64,000 bases of DNA, from assembly GCA_964408285.1 (NCBI GenBank), contig CAYOYV010000007.1:1-64000 (forward strand), given 5' to 3'. This document shows, one piece after another, positions 8,707 through 17,905 of this stretch; position 1 is the first letter of the stretch, and every line of letters begins with the position of its first letter. The stretch is from an uncultured Nitrososphaerota archaeon (lineage in GTDB: Archaea > Thermoproteota > EX4484-205 > JAAOZO01). The position numbers and the translations under genes are program-made. The notes beneath the pieces were generated by a model that was given only the letters and a program-made list of their open reading frames with translations, did not search any database and was not told where the DNA came from.

Positions 8707-9825
8707 ATGAACGAGATAATTAGGACTGTCAGGGCGGAAGAGTGGGATGAATTCTTGCGGTTCTTGGAGCTTTGCTACGGTCATTCGAGGGATTACTTTC
8801 CTCGTTATCTTACACAACTGTACAGGGCGGAGGACGAGGCCCTTTCTTCGTTCCTGGTGTTGGAAAAAGATAGGAGAATAGTTTCGCATGTGGGTCTTTT
8901 CCCCTTGGAGATTGTTTCCTTTGGAACTCATGTGACGGTCGGTGGCATAGGAGGCGTGGCCACACTACCAGAGGAAAGAGGCAAGGGTCACATGTCAAGG
9001 CTCTTGAACCACGCGGCTGAGATCATGAGGGAGAGGGGCTGGCCGCTATCTGTGCTTTGGGGAGACAGGCAACGGTACCATGCATTTGGCTGGGAAATCG
9101 CAGGCGTCAAATATTCGTTATACATGACTGTGCGCTCTTTTGATCGGGCCAAAGTAGAGGCAGCTAAAGTCAGAGAGACCTCACTCGAAGAGGCAACTCC
9201 CGTAGTCGGAAGGATCCAGTCTATCCTGCCGTTGAGAGTGAATCGAAAGCACACTGACCTCAACCTGAGGAAACAGGGCATTCGCATTTGGACGAGCGAC
9301 GAAGGCTATGTACTCTCTTCAGGCGAAGCAGGCTCACCCCGAATATTAGAGGTCGCTTCCCCCGAAAAAAAGGAGCCCGAACTCGTCAGGGGTGTTATGG
9401 AACGCTGTTACGGGGACTCCGCCTCACTGTACATTAACGCCTTCGACAGTGAAAGGTTGGGACGATTGCTCAGGGCGACATCTGAATGGACGCTTGTTCC
9501 AGAGGGACAATTCAGGATCATTGAACTCGCCGGTCTGCTTGAGTCATTTGAGCGATTGCTATCGGAGCGGGCGAAAATCGCACGCGACTTTGAAGTGTCC
9601 ATTGGGCTCAGACTCAGAGATAGGGTCGACATTGCCACCATCTCTGTGAAAGGGGGAGAATTTCGAATCTCGAGAGGCAGGAAGTCTGTAAATCACATCG
9701 AGTTGGACGAACGCGACGGTGTGCGATCTTTCTTAGGTGGCCCATCAGCTGACCTGCTGAGGTTGGGCGGCCTCACGACTATCTTACCCTTACCGATACA
9801 TGTCCCCTCCATTGACCACGTGTGA
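8707..9825 (+). CDS. Eis-like GNAT acetyltransferase
   Basis: GIGGVATLPEERGKGHM acetyl-CoA motif, Y..FGW, SCP2-like C-terminus. Confidence 0.85.
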   Translation: MNEIIRTVRAEEWDEFLRFLELCYGHSRDYFPRYLTQLYRAEDEALSSFLVLEKDRRIVSHVGLFPLEIVSFGTHVTVGGIGGVATLPEERGKGHMSRLLNHAAEIMRERGWPLSVLWGDRQRYHAFGWEIAGVKYSLYMTVRSFDRAKVEAAKVRETSLEEATPVVGRIQSILPLRVNRKHTDLNLRKQGIRIWTSDEGYVLSSGEAGSPRILEVASPEKKEPELVRGVMERCYGDSASLYINAFDSERLGRLLRATSEWTLVPEGQFRIIELAGLLESFERLLSERAKIARDFEVSIGLRLRDRVDIATISVKGGEFRISRGRKSVNHIELDERDGVRSFLGGPSADLLRLGGLTTILPLPIHVPSIDHV

Positions 9826-9914
9826 GCAGGACCTAGGAGTGATACCGAATGGCACGCGAGCCATAGACCCGACGCATTGGCTTTTTGTAGGATCGAACAC
9901 TGCGGGCGCGATCT

Positions 9915-10565
9915 CTATTCTTTGTATATTCCCTCTATGTCTCTCACGTAATTCCCTTCCGGTGTTTCCACGACGATGTAATAGAACGGCCTCGTGACTG
10001 GATTCTCCTGAAGGAAGGCTTTTGCTGAAGCGGCGTCGGGGCCTTTGTGGATTCGATAGAGCATCACTTGGCCCATTCTCACCGTTCTATCCTCCCTGAC
10101 GAAGAACACCTTGCCTGGCGTGGACACCTCGGCCTTGGGTGTCGGTGCAGTCCTTGCCTCTGGTTCTTTGTCATTCTTCCGCTTACCCCCATGCTTTCCG
10201 AAACTGTTCTTCGCATCCTTCCAAAGCTCGTGGGTTAGATCCTCTCCGGCCACTATTGCCTCATACTTCCCGTCATCCCTGCGGTAGTGTCCGAAAATCA
10301 GGGTCTCGGTGCAGATCAGCTTTCCCGTGTCCTGTGCAATTTGAATGCACTCCAACTCAAGCAGGGCCTCTCTTGCATCGCTTTCTCTGTCGAACACATA
10401 AAGTACGAACGGGTCGAATTTTTGATGCACACCCCTAGAAATCCAGTATGCCTCTACCTGTGAAATGGTCTCTTGCCTCATGCCCATGTTGTCCTTTTCG
10501 GTGTATTGTTTGGAGGGCGGCTTCTTCTCCTTTTTCCTACCGAATATTCTGTCTAAGACACCCAT
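9915..10565 (-). CDS. Hypothetical protein
   Basis: 216-aa ORF with a typical MG.LDRIFG start; no family recognised. Confidence 0.7.
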   Translation of the reverse strand: MGVLDRIFGRKKEKKPPSKQYTEKDNMGMRQETISQVEAYWISRGVHQKFDPFVLYVFDRESDAREALLELECIQIAQDTGKLICTETLIFGHYRRDDGKYEAIVAGEDLTHELWKDAKNSFGKHGGKRKNDKEPEARTAPTPKAEVSTPGKVFFVREDRTVRMGQVMLYRIHKGPDAASAKAFLQENPVTRPFYYIVVETPEGNYVRDIEGIYKE

Positions 10566-10811
10566 TCTGAGGCCCTATGCCTCACGTGATTGTCCGAGGC
10601 GATAAATGCATTTTCTCTCGCGCCCGTCGTCTGCGGGTGTGTATTTCGTTTGTCAGACTGGATGCTACTAGTGTTGTGCATAATGCGCGAATTGCGATGT
10701 ATGCTATCGCCAACGATGAGGAGCGTGTCCTCATGTGCTAATCCGGAGATGCCACCTGAGACTATGTGCGCGCGCACTAAGGGTCCATGAGGATTTTTGC
10801 TGTCCCGTCGC

Positions 10812-10856
10812 CGACGAAGGAGTTAAGAATAGACACGGTTGAGCCAACGTCATCCA
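10812..10856 (+). promoter_or_regulatory. Copy B of the duplicated promoter element, upstream of the PfkB kinase
   Basis: 36/45 identity to 8659-8703, followed by ACGCGTGCGCGTG. Confidence 0.65.
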
Positions 10857-10889
10857 ACGACGCGTGCGCGTGAGAAGTCGACTAGGGAG

Positions 10890-11852
10890 ATGACTCGAAA
10901 AAAGACTGGTCTGGATGTGATGGTCATAGGAGATGCAATGATGGACATCATCGTCAAGTATGACACAGAATTCATGAAAAGCGGGGCAGTCTTCTATGAT
11001 GGAGCTGTCTCCTACGGTGGTGCGGGTAACGTGGCAGTAGACGCCTCAACCTTGGGCTTGAAAACAAGCATGGTCGCAAAAGTCGGCAGAGATCCACTGG
11101 GCCGTCTTTTCATGGACGACCTTCTAAAGCACAATGTAGTCCCGCAACTAGCTTTCGATGACGTCTCATACACCGGGTTCCTAGTGTCGCTTCTTCATCA
11201 GGACAGTGAAAGGTCCTTCCTAGTATGTAGAGGTGCAAACGACAAACTTTCTCCGAAAGATATTGACAAAGCGTTTGAAGGAGCTAGGCCGAGAATAGTC
11301 TTCATACAGGGTTACGGTATTGCGTCACCTCAAAGGAGAGCTCTTCTCTATGCAGCAAGAAAGGCGAGAGATTTCTGCGCTACAGTGATCTATGATCCTG
11401 CATCATACAACATAGTACAGGCTCATAGGAATTTCGTGATTGATAATCTGATGAGATATGTAGATATATGTCTACCGAACCTTGAGGAGGCCAAAGCCCT
11501 TACTGGACGCAGTGATCTAGAGAGCATGGGAAGGACACTTGCCGGGCTTGTTCCCCTAGCCATTGTCAAACTCGGTGCCGATGGAGCTGCGATCGTTCCG
11601 AGAGGCGAGGAAATCTCCTACTATAAGCCTCAACGAGTCAAGCCCACGAACACCACCGGAGCAGGAGATGCCTTTGCATCAGCCATAATCTATGGTCTTT
11701 CAAAGGGATTTTCGCATGATTTGACGATGAAGATCGCCAACTGGGTCGCGGCAAAAAAAATACAATCGCTAGATTCTAGGCTAACAATTGAGAGAAGGCA
11801 ATTCACAAAATTCAGGGTTGGACTTCAACGAGATCAACGTACTAGGCGCTGA
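10890..11852 (+). CDS. PfkB/ribokinase family carbohydrate kinase
   Basis: GGAGNVA, PNLEEA, NTTGAGDAF. ATG 10890 preceded by AGGGAG. Confidence 0.93.
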   Translation: MTRKKTGLDVMVIGDAMMDIIVKYDTEFMKSGAVFYDGAVSYGGAGNVAVDASTLGLKTSMVAKVGRDPLGRLFMDDLLKHNVVPQLAFDDVSYTGFLVSLLHQDSERSFLVCRGANDKLSPKDIDKAFEGARPRIVFIQGYGIASPQRRALLYAARKARDFCATVIYDPASYNIVQAHRNFVIDNLMRYVDICLPNLEEAKALTGRSDLESMGRTLAGLVPLAIVKLGADGAAIVPRGEEISYYKPQRVKPTNTTGAGDAFASAIIYGLSKGFSHDLTMKIANWVAAKKIQSLDSRLTIERRQFTKFRVGLQRDQRTRR

Positions 11853-11934
11853 TTATCGCGCGGGCGCCGGTCTCCAACAGGATTGAGGAATCTTCCAACC
11901 TGACATCCCGCGCAATCTGCGCCTTTGCCGGCAA

Positions 11935-12855
11935 CTAGGTCAAAGCGTCCTCTCTGACTCTCGAAGCGCGCCTGAAATACTCTTTTCTCGTCTCGAGCTT
12001 GAACTCGTCAATCATGTCCTCTGCGGTCGCATCCCGTGTGTTTGAAGCTAGCATGAAGACCGCCTCCGGTCTAAGAACATCTAACTCAACCCTAGAACCG
12101 TATTTCTTCTTCACAGAATCGAGTTTCATATGGTTGTAGTTCAAATGGAGAATTTCGTAGTCAAGATTTACGGTTTTGCATATGATAGGATTATATGAGC
12201 TAGATTTGGCCAATATCCGTCCAAGCGGATCCACGATCATGCTATTCTCCCCGCCACGGGCTGAAACCATGTACACCCCATAATTGAAAGCCCATATCCT
12301 TAGCTGAAGCCCACCTTCGTACGCAGACGGGAAGAACACTAACTTAGCTCCCTCCTTCACTAACCCCTTTATCACTTCTTCGAAGTTGAGGTCAAAGCAA
12401 ATCGCAAGGCCGAGAATCCCGAAATCGACTTTGAACACTCCGCTTTGGGTTCCTGGGGTGATCCCAGATTCTATCTCATCGATTGTGGGATGGATCTTGT
12501 AATAGCTACCGACGTACTCGCCATTTCTGTCCAAGAGGACGGCCGAATTGTGGAAGCGTCCATCTTTCTTCTCAATCATTGGACAGATGACATAAGTCCC
12601 ATGTTCCTTGGCTATCGAAGAAACGGTTCTGAATATTGGCCCAGGAATCTCCTCCGCAGCCTTAGTCGAATCCCTGGCCGATAAGCCTAGAGTGGGCCAG
12701 CATTCCGTAAGACAGACTATATCGGGTTCCTCCATTGCTGCTCTCTTCAGGAGCTTAGCGGTGTCCTTGACATTGCGGTTTACGGTTTCTTTGATCGATC
12801 TAGCCCTTCCCCTTCCGCCGAATGATACAGACGCTACGCGCACAAATCTAGCCAA
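11935..12855 (-). CDS. Carbon-nitrogen hydrolase (nitrilase superfamily)
   Basis: Glu-Lys-Cys triad: CLTE, YYKIHP, ICFD. Confidence 0.92.
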   Translation of the reverse strand: MARFVRVASVSFGGRGRARSIKETVNRNVKDTAKLLKRAAMEEPDIVCLTECWPTLGLSARDSTKAAEEIPGPIFRTVSSIAKEHGTYVICPMIEKKDGRFHNSAVLLDRNGEYVGSYYKIHPTIDEIESGITPGTQSGVFKVDFGILGLAICFDLNFEEVIKGLVKEGAKLVFFPSAYEGGLQLRIWAFNYGVYMVSARGGENSMIVDPLGRILAKSSSYNPIICKTVNLDYEILHLNYNHMKLDSVKKKYGSRVELDVLRPEAVFMLASNTRDATAEDMIDEFKLETRKEYFRRASRVREDALT

Positions 12856-12951
12856 AGCTGTGAAAAGATACTTTCTGCCTTCTTAAGAATTTAGATCGTG
12901 CGCGATTCATGTCCGCCGTTTTCTGTTTTTCCTCTAATCGATGAAATGGGA

Positions 12952-14997
12952 TCAGGGCAGTCGGGGTTCCGCTCCAAGTTGCCAGAACAGAAAGCTGAGC
13001 TCATGCACTAGGTCATCAATCTGTCTGCTCATTGGCTGTCCTCCAGAGTGTCCGGCCTTCGCGTGATAGCGTAGGAGCACTGGCTTGCCTGATGTTGTGG
13101 CCGATTGTAACAAAGCTGTCATTTTTCTTGCGTGAAATGGGTCCACTCGTGTGTCGAAGTCCCCCGTTATGAGAAGCACTGCGGGATAAGGTGTACCGAT
13201 CTTGACCCTGTGATAGGGTGAATAGGCATAGAGGTATCTGAACTGGTCGGGGTCTTCTGAGGATCCATACTCAGGAATCCAGAACGGAGCCACCAAGAAC
13301 TTGTGATAGCGAACCATGTCAAGCAAAGGATAGGTGCAAACGACTGCAGAAAAGAGCTCCGGTCGCTGTGTGAGAGCTGCGCCAACGAGAAGCCCGCCGT
13401 TGCTCCCTCCACTTATCGCCAGTTTCTCAGATTTGGTATATCGATTCTGAATTAACCACTCGGCCGCCGAGATGAAGTCATCGAAGACATTCTGCTTCTT
13501 CTCGAGCATTCCGGCCTTGTGCCATTCCTCGCCGAACTCACTTCCGCCTCGCAAACTCGGCTGCGCGAAGACACCGCCGGCTTCTATCCAAAGGGCGGTC
13601 CTCGTTGAAAACCAAGGGGTCATGCTGATCCTGAATCCACCATATCCTGTCAGAAGAGTCGGATTTGACCCATTAGGCTCGATATCTTTCGCATGAACTA
13701 TGAACATCGGAATCTTTGTGCGGTCCTTTGATTCATACCAGACCTGTTTGACTTCGAATCTTTCGCTGTCGATCGGAACCTTGGTCCTCCACCACTCTTC
13801 CTTGCTCCCCGTTTGGGCGTCATATCTGTAGGTCGTTGGTGGAATGTGGAAAGAAGAAAATTGGAAGAATGCCTCATTCGTCCTCGATTGAGCAGACATT
13901 CCCAAGACTGTGCCGACCGGCGGTGTCTCGATCTCGCGCAGGTATCTGCCGTTGAAGTCAAAAACCCTGACTCTTGAAACGACGTTATGTGTGAAATTAA
14001 CTAAGAGCCTTTCTCCTGCAATCGCAAAATCCTCAATCGTGTCCTCGCTCTCGGGGATTATTTCCTCCCATTTCTGTAGAATTGGATTACTGAGGCCGAC
14101 ACGGAATATTCGCCATCTTCGTGCTCCCCAGTTCGTGTGAAGGAACAGTTGGCCGTCTCCTATTCGAGCATTGAACGCTGCATCTATGTGATTGACAATT
14201 GTACGAATGGCGCTGTTGTTCGCAAGATCCTGAACATAGACCTCAGTTTTCGTGGCCGCTGCTCCGTGGAGGACGCATATGAGAAGGTGGCGCCCATCCT
14301 CAGAAACCCTAGCACTGATTATCTTGTCAGGGCCGTAGCCCTTACCGAAGATCTCTGGGTCGGCCGCAATGTCGGTCCCGATCGCATGGTAATAGACTCG
14401 CTCGCCATCTTTTTCATGCCGTACGTAGTAGAAGCCACTCCCGTCTGGTTTCAACGAAATCTCGATGTAGCGTGCTTTGGGGAGTCCGTCCTTCAGGTTC
14501 TCATTCTTCTGAGCATCCAGAAGGTCAATGGCGCTTTCGTCTTGCCCGCCGTCCTGCACTGCATAGGCCATTACTGCACCGTCCTCAGAAATATCCTCAA
14601 TCCGGACGCTTGTAGTATGGTCTGGACTCATGTTGTGTGGATCGATCAGGACCTGATCCTCACCCTTAAGCCCCTTCCTGATACAGATGAGTGAAAGCTC
14701 TTGGTCCGCAAACTGCTTTTGGAAGAAGTAGCGATCCCCCCGTGCAAGTGGAATCTCGACGCGATCTACGCGCATAAGCTCGGTAAGCCTTGACTTCAGT
14801 CGTTCGCGCCACGGGAACGAGCCAAGAAGGCTCTCAGCATATTCGTTCTGGGCTTTGATCCATTGACGTGTCTCGGGACTGCCCGTTTCTTCGAGCCAAC
14901 CGTAAGGGTCTGAGATCTCAACACCGTGCACGTGTTCCTTCACTTCTGCCCTCCTCGTAAGAGGCGGCCTCCTGGACAAAATCTCCTCGGGTGGCAT
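12952..14997 (-). CDS. Prolyl oligopeptidase (S9A)
   Basis: DPYGWLE, GGSNGG nucleophile, DTRV, AGH. Confidence 0.95.
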   Translation of the reverse strand: MPPEEILSRRPPLTRRAEVKEHVHGVEISDPYGWLEETGSPETRQWIKAQNEYAESLLGSFPWRERLKSRLTELMRVDRVEIPLARGDRYFFQKQFADQELSLICIRKGLKGEDQVLIDPHNMSPDHTTSVRIEDISEDGAVMAYAVQDGGQDESAIDLLDAQKNENLKDGLPKARYIEISLKPDGSGFYYVRHEKDGERVYYHAIGTDIAADPEIFGKGYGPDKIISARVSEDGRHLLICVLHGAAATKTEVYVQDLANNSAIRTIVNHIDAAFNARIGDGQLFLHTNWGARRWRIFRVGLSNPILQKWEEIIPESEDTIEDFAIAGERLLVNFTHNVVSRVRVFDFNGRYLREIETPPVGTVLGMSAQSRTNEAFFQFSSFHIPPTTYRYDAQTGSKEEWWRTKVPIDSERFEVKQVWYESKDRTKIPMFIVHAKDIEPNGSNPTLLTGYGGFRISMTPWFSTRTALWIEAGGVFAQPSLRGGSEFGEEWHKAGMLEKKQNVFDDFISAAEWLIQNRYTKSEKLAISGGSNGGLLVGAALTQRPELFSAVVCTYPLLDMVRYHKFLVAPFWIPEYGSSEDPDQFRYLYAYSPYHRVKIGTPYPAVLLITGDFDTRVDPFHARKMTALLQSATTSGKPVLLRYHAKAGHSGGQPMSRQIDDLVHELSFLFWQLGAEPRLP

Positions 14998-15103
14998 CTC
15001 ATACGAATTATTTCGCGAACTTAAAAGCACTGGCACGTGGGCCCGGCGTAAATCAACACACCGGCTAGGGGCACACAATCGATCAGGGAAACTGCTTTAA
15101 GGA

Positions 15104-16060
15104 ATGCGTGACGCAATGGTATTGGAATTGGCCGCTCTGGTTACGGGAGGTCTCGGTTTCATCGGCTCCAAACTCGTAAAAGCCCTGCTGGCTGAAGGAC
15201 AGGAGGTAACAGTATTCGACATCTCATCGGACACTAAGAGAATAGATGATGTCATAGACAGGGTGAAATTCGTCAGAGGTGATATTGCGAGCATTGACGA
15301 TCTACTTCAGGTGGTCAAGAAAGATGAAGTCGATACCGTCTTTCACCTGGCCGCTCTTCTGATGCTTGACTGCGAAGCGAATCCTTGGAGGGCTTTGAAG
15401 ACGAACGTCGATGGCACAGCTAACGTCCTAGAAGTCTCGAGGCTTTGCCACGTAAAGAAGGTGGTATTCCCAAGCACACGCGCAGCGTTCGGTCCTGGGG
15501 ATGCAAAACCATTAAGAGAGGACGACCCGAAGAGACCCAATTCGATATATGGCATCACGAAGTTGCTCTGTGAACAATATGGACTGAAATACAATAGCCT
15601 GTATGGCTTGGATTTCCGTTGCGTCAGGTTTGTGATGGTCTACGGTCCGGGAAGGACAACGGGAGGCAGTGCGTTCGGAACTCAGCTCATAGAAAATCCT
15701 GCATTGGGGAAGCTCGCACAAATCCCGTATGGTCCGGACGAGCTGACGGATTGGCTCTATGTGGAGGATGCCGTGAAGGCGTTACTCATGATCCGAGATG
15801 TCGCGTCGTTGAAGAGAAGAATATACAACATCAATGGCGAGACGCGTTCCATTGGTGAAGTTGCCAACATCGTGAGAAAGATACTGCCAAAAGCGGTGAT
15901 CGAATTCACTCCGGGAGAAATCAAATTGAACCAACGTTATCCACTGTTAGATGATAGCGAGGCAAGGAGAGATCTTGGGTGGGCACCTGGCCTCACGATT
16001 GAAGACGGCATTAGAAATCACGTGAATGAGATCGTGAAAGTGTCCCGCCCCATCAAGTAG
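15104..16060 (+). CDS. NAD-dependent epimerase/dehydratase
   Basis: TGGLGFIG, HLAA, YGITK. Confidence 0.93.
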   Translation: MRDAMVLELAALVTGGLGFIGSKLVKALLAEGQEVTVFDISSDTKRIDDVIDRVKFVRGDIASIDDLLQVVKKDEVDTVFHLAALLMLDCEANPWRALKTNVDGTANVLEVSRLCHVKKVVFPSTRAAFGPGDAKPLREDDPKRPNSIYGITKLLCEQYGLKYNSLYGLDFRCVRFVMVYGPGRTTGGSAFGTQLIENPALGKLAQIPYGPDELTDWLYVEDAVKALLMIRDVASLKRRIYNINGETRSIGEVANIVRKILPKAVIEFTPGEIKLNQRYPLLDDSEARRDLGWAPGLTIEDGIRNHVNEIVKVSRPIK

Positions 16061-16112
16061 AAGGGCAACCTAGGCCCCGGTATGGCCGCAACGCGCGTGT
16101 TGTCCGTAACCC

Positions 16113-16982
16113 CTACTCGACTTTCCTACTTACATACAATCCATAGCCGAAATATGAGAGAAATTGACTCGCCTCCCGTCGTGATATGTCTCTCCTGAAA
16201 TAGGCACTTCTCAGATTCGGATCCAACATAATCTCCGCAATGGCGCTCAAGTATCTCCGAATGCCATCTACGCGAAGTTGGCTGAGGGCCTGCTCCCCAT
16301 AGTTGATTGTTCGAACGCTTGAAGATAGCAGTTCAAATCCAGCCTTGCTGAAAATCTGTCGCCATCCATCTTCCTGCAGGACTTCAACATCCGCACGCAT
16401 TGATTTGGACAAAAATGAGACCACTTCGGCTGGAGGGGGCTTCAACCAAGTGGCTTCACTGTCCCCGAAAAGACCTCCGGGCCTCAAGACCCTGTTTATT
16501 TCAGAGGCTGCCTTCGTCTTGTCACAGACCACAAGAACCGATTCGGCGATCACGGCATCGAATGTATTCCGGGGGAAGGGCAAATCATGTACATCTGCTT
16601 GGTAGGTTTTCACGCTATCGCTGGCACCTTCCTCTGCGATCCTTTTCTTGGCCCATTCCAGAACAGTTGTGTTGATATCTGCCGCCACGACGTTCGCATG
16701 ATACTCCTTCGCCAGAAGACAGGCCGTGAAGCCGGTTCCGCACCCGACATCCAACACATATTGGCCAGAGGTGATATTACAAAGTTCGATGAGATGTCTC
16801 GTGGCTGGTATGCCGCCCCAGTGCTTGGTTATGCCTATCTGTTGCCAGACATCATAGAGTACAAATCTACCTTCCTTTGGAACGATCTCAGGATTCTGAT
16901 TCTCTCTCACTGTGATATGGGTGAAGGAAATCGTGCTTAAAGGTCTTGAGGAGCCATGCTCGATCAACAGGAGCAAGCACAC
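16113..16982 (-). CDS. Class I SAM-dependent methyltransferase; true start probably downstream of 16982
   Basis: VLDVGCGTG, LPF...FDAV, RVLRPGG. Confidence 0.9.
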   Translation of the reverse strand: MCLLLLIEHGSSRPLSTISFTHITVRENQNPEIVPKEGRFVLYDVWQQIGITKHWGGIPATRHLIELCNITSGQYVLDVGCGTGFTACLLAKEYHANVVAADINTTVLEWAKKRIAEEGASDSVKTYQADVHDLPFPRNTFDAVIAESVLVVCDKTKAASEINRVLRPGGLFGDSEATWLKPPPAEVVSFLSKSMRADVEVLQEDGWRQIFSKAGFELLSSSVRTINYGEQALSQLRVDGIRRYLSAIAEIMLDPNLRSAYFRRDISRREASQFLSYFGYGLYVSRKVE

Positions 16983-17190
16983 GCGTCAATTGCAGGATAA
17001 TGCGCGCATCTTGCGCAACCGAGCAGAGATACCGAGACTCTAGAGGAGACATTGTATTACTCGTGACAGATCCGACCAGACAGAATTCGTCTGCTCAATG
17101 ATCAATCCCAACTGGGTCAACTTCATAGTAAGGCTTCCTCGGCGAAACACATATTTTGCGACAAAAACGCAATATCTGAAGCCGAATATA

Positions 17191-17883
17191 ATGACAGAGA
17201 ATCTAAGTTGCAAGAGAATTCTCAAGCAGTTAAGATCCCTCTCAAACCCTGCAGCAGTGGCAGGTATGTCGAAATTCGGAATCAACACAGAGAACGCGTA
17301 TGGCATTTCTATTCCAGAATTGCGAAAGATCGCGAAAGAAATTGGAAAGAGCCACCAATTGGCCCAAGAATTATGGGAATCGAACATTCATGAAGCTCGT
17401 ATTCTTGCCTCTTATATTGATGAACCCAACAAGGTCACGGAGGAACAACTCGAGAAATGGGTTAGAGATTTCGACTCTTGGGACATCTGCGATCAGGTGT
17501 GCGACCTTTTCGAAAAAACACCATATGCTTACAAGAAGGCCAAGGACTGGGCAAATCGAAAGGAAGAGTTCGTGAGGCGGACGGCATTTGCATTAATGGC
17601 TGGGCTTGCAGTTCATGATAAAGAAGCAAGTAATGAAAAATTCACACAATTCTTTCCTCTAATAAAGCAAGCGGCGACTGATGGCCGGAATTTCGTGAAG
17701 AAGTCAGTGAGCTGGGCCCTCCGGAATATAGGCAAACGCAACAAAGTACTCAATGGAAAGGCAAAGGAGATAGCAAGAGAGATTCAGAAAGTGGATTCGA
17801 AGGCCGCCAAGTGGATAGGATCCGATGCGCTCCGAGAATTATCACGCAAACGGTTCTTTTCATCTTCAGAACGGACACGCTAA
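17191..17883 (+). CDS. DNA alkylation repair protein (AlkD-like HEAT-repeat family)
   Basis: GISIPELRK, SWDICD, VKKSVSWALRNIGKRN. Confidence 0.88.
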   Translation: MTENLSCKRILKQLRSLSNPAAVAGMSKFGINTENAYGISIPELRKIAKEIGKSHQLAQELWESNIHEARILASYIDEPNKVTEEQLEKWVRDFDSWDICDQVCDLFEKTPYAYKKAKDWANRKEEFVRRTAFALMAGLAVHDKEASNEKFTQFFPLIKQAATDGRNFVKKSVSWALRNIGKRNKVLNGKAKEIAREIQKVDSKAAKWIGSDALRELSRKRFFSSSERTR

Positions 17884-17905
17884 CTGAATAACGCGCGCGT
17901 TCAGC

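Noticed and set aside
10685-10777. Possible M24-peptidase-like fragment (SGLAHEDTLLI) between two tracts
   Set aside because: Too short to assign without a database search.
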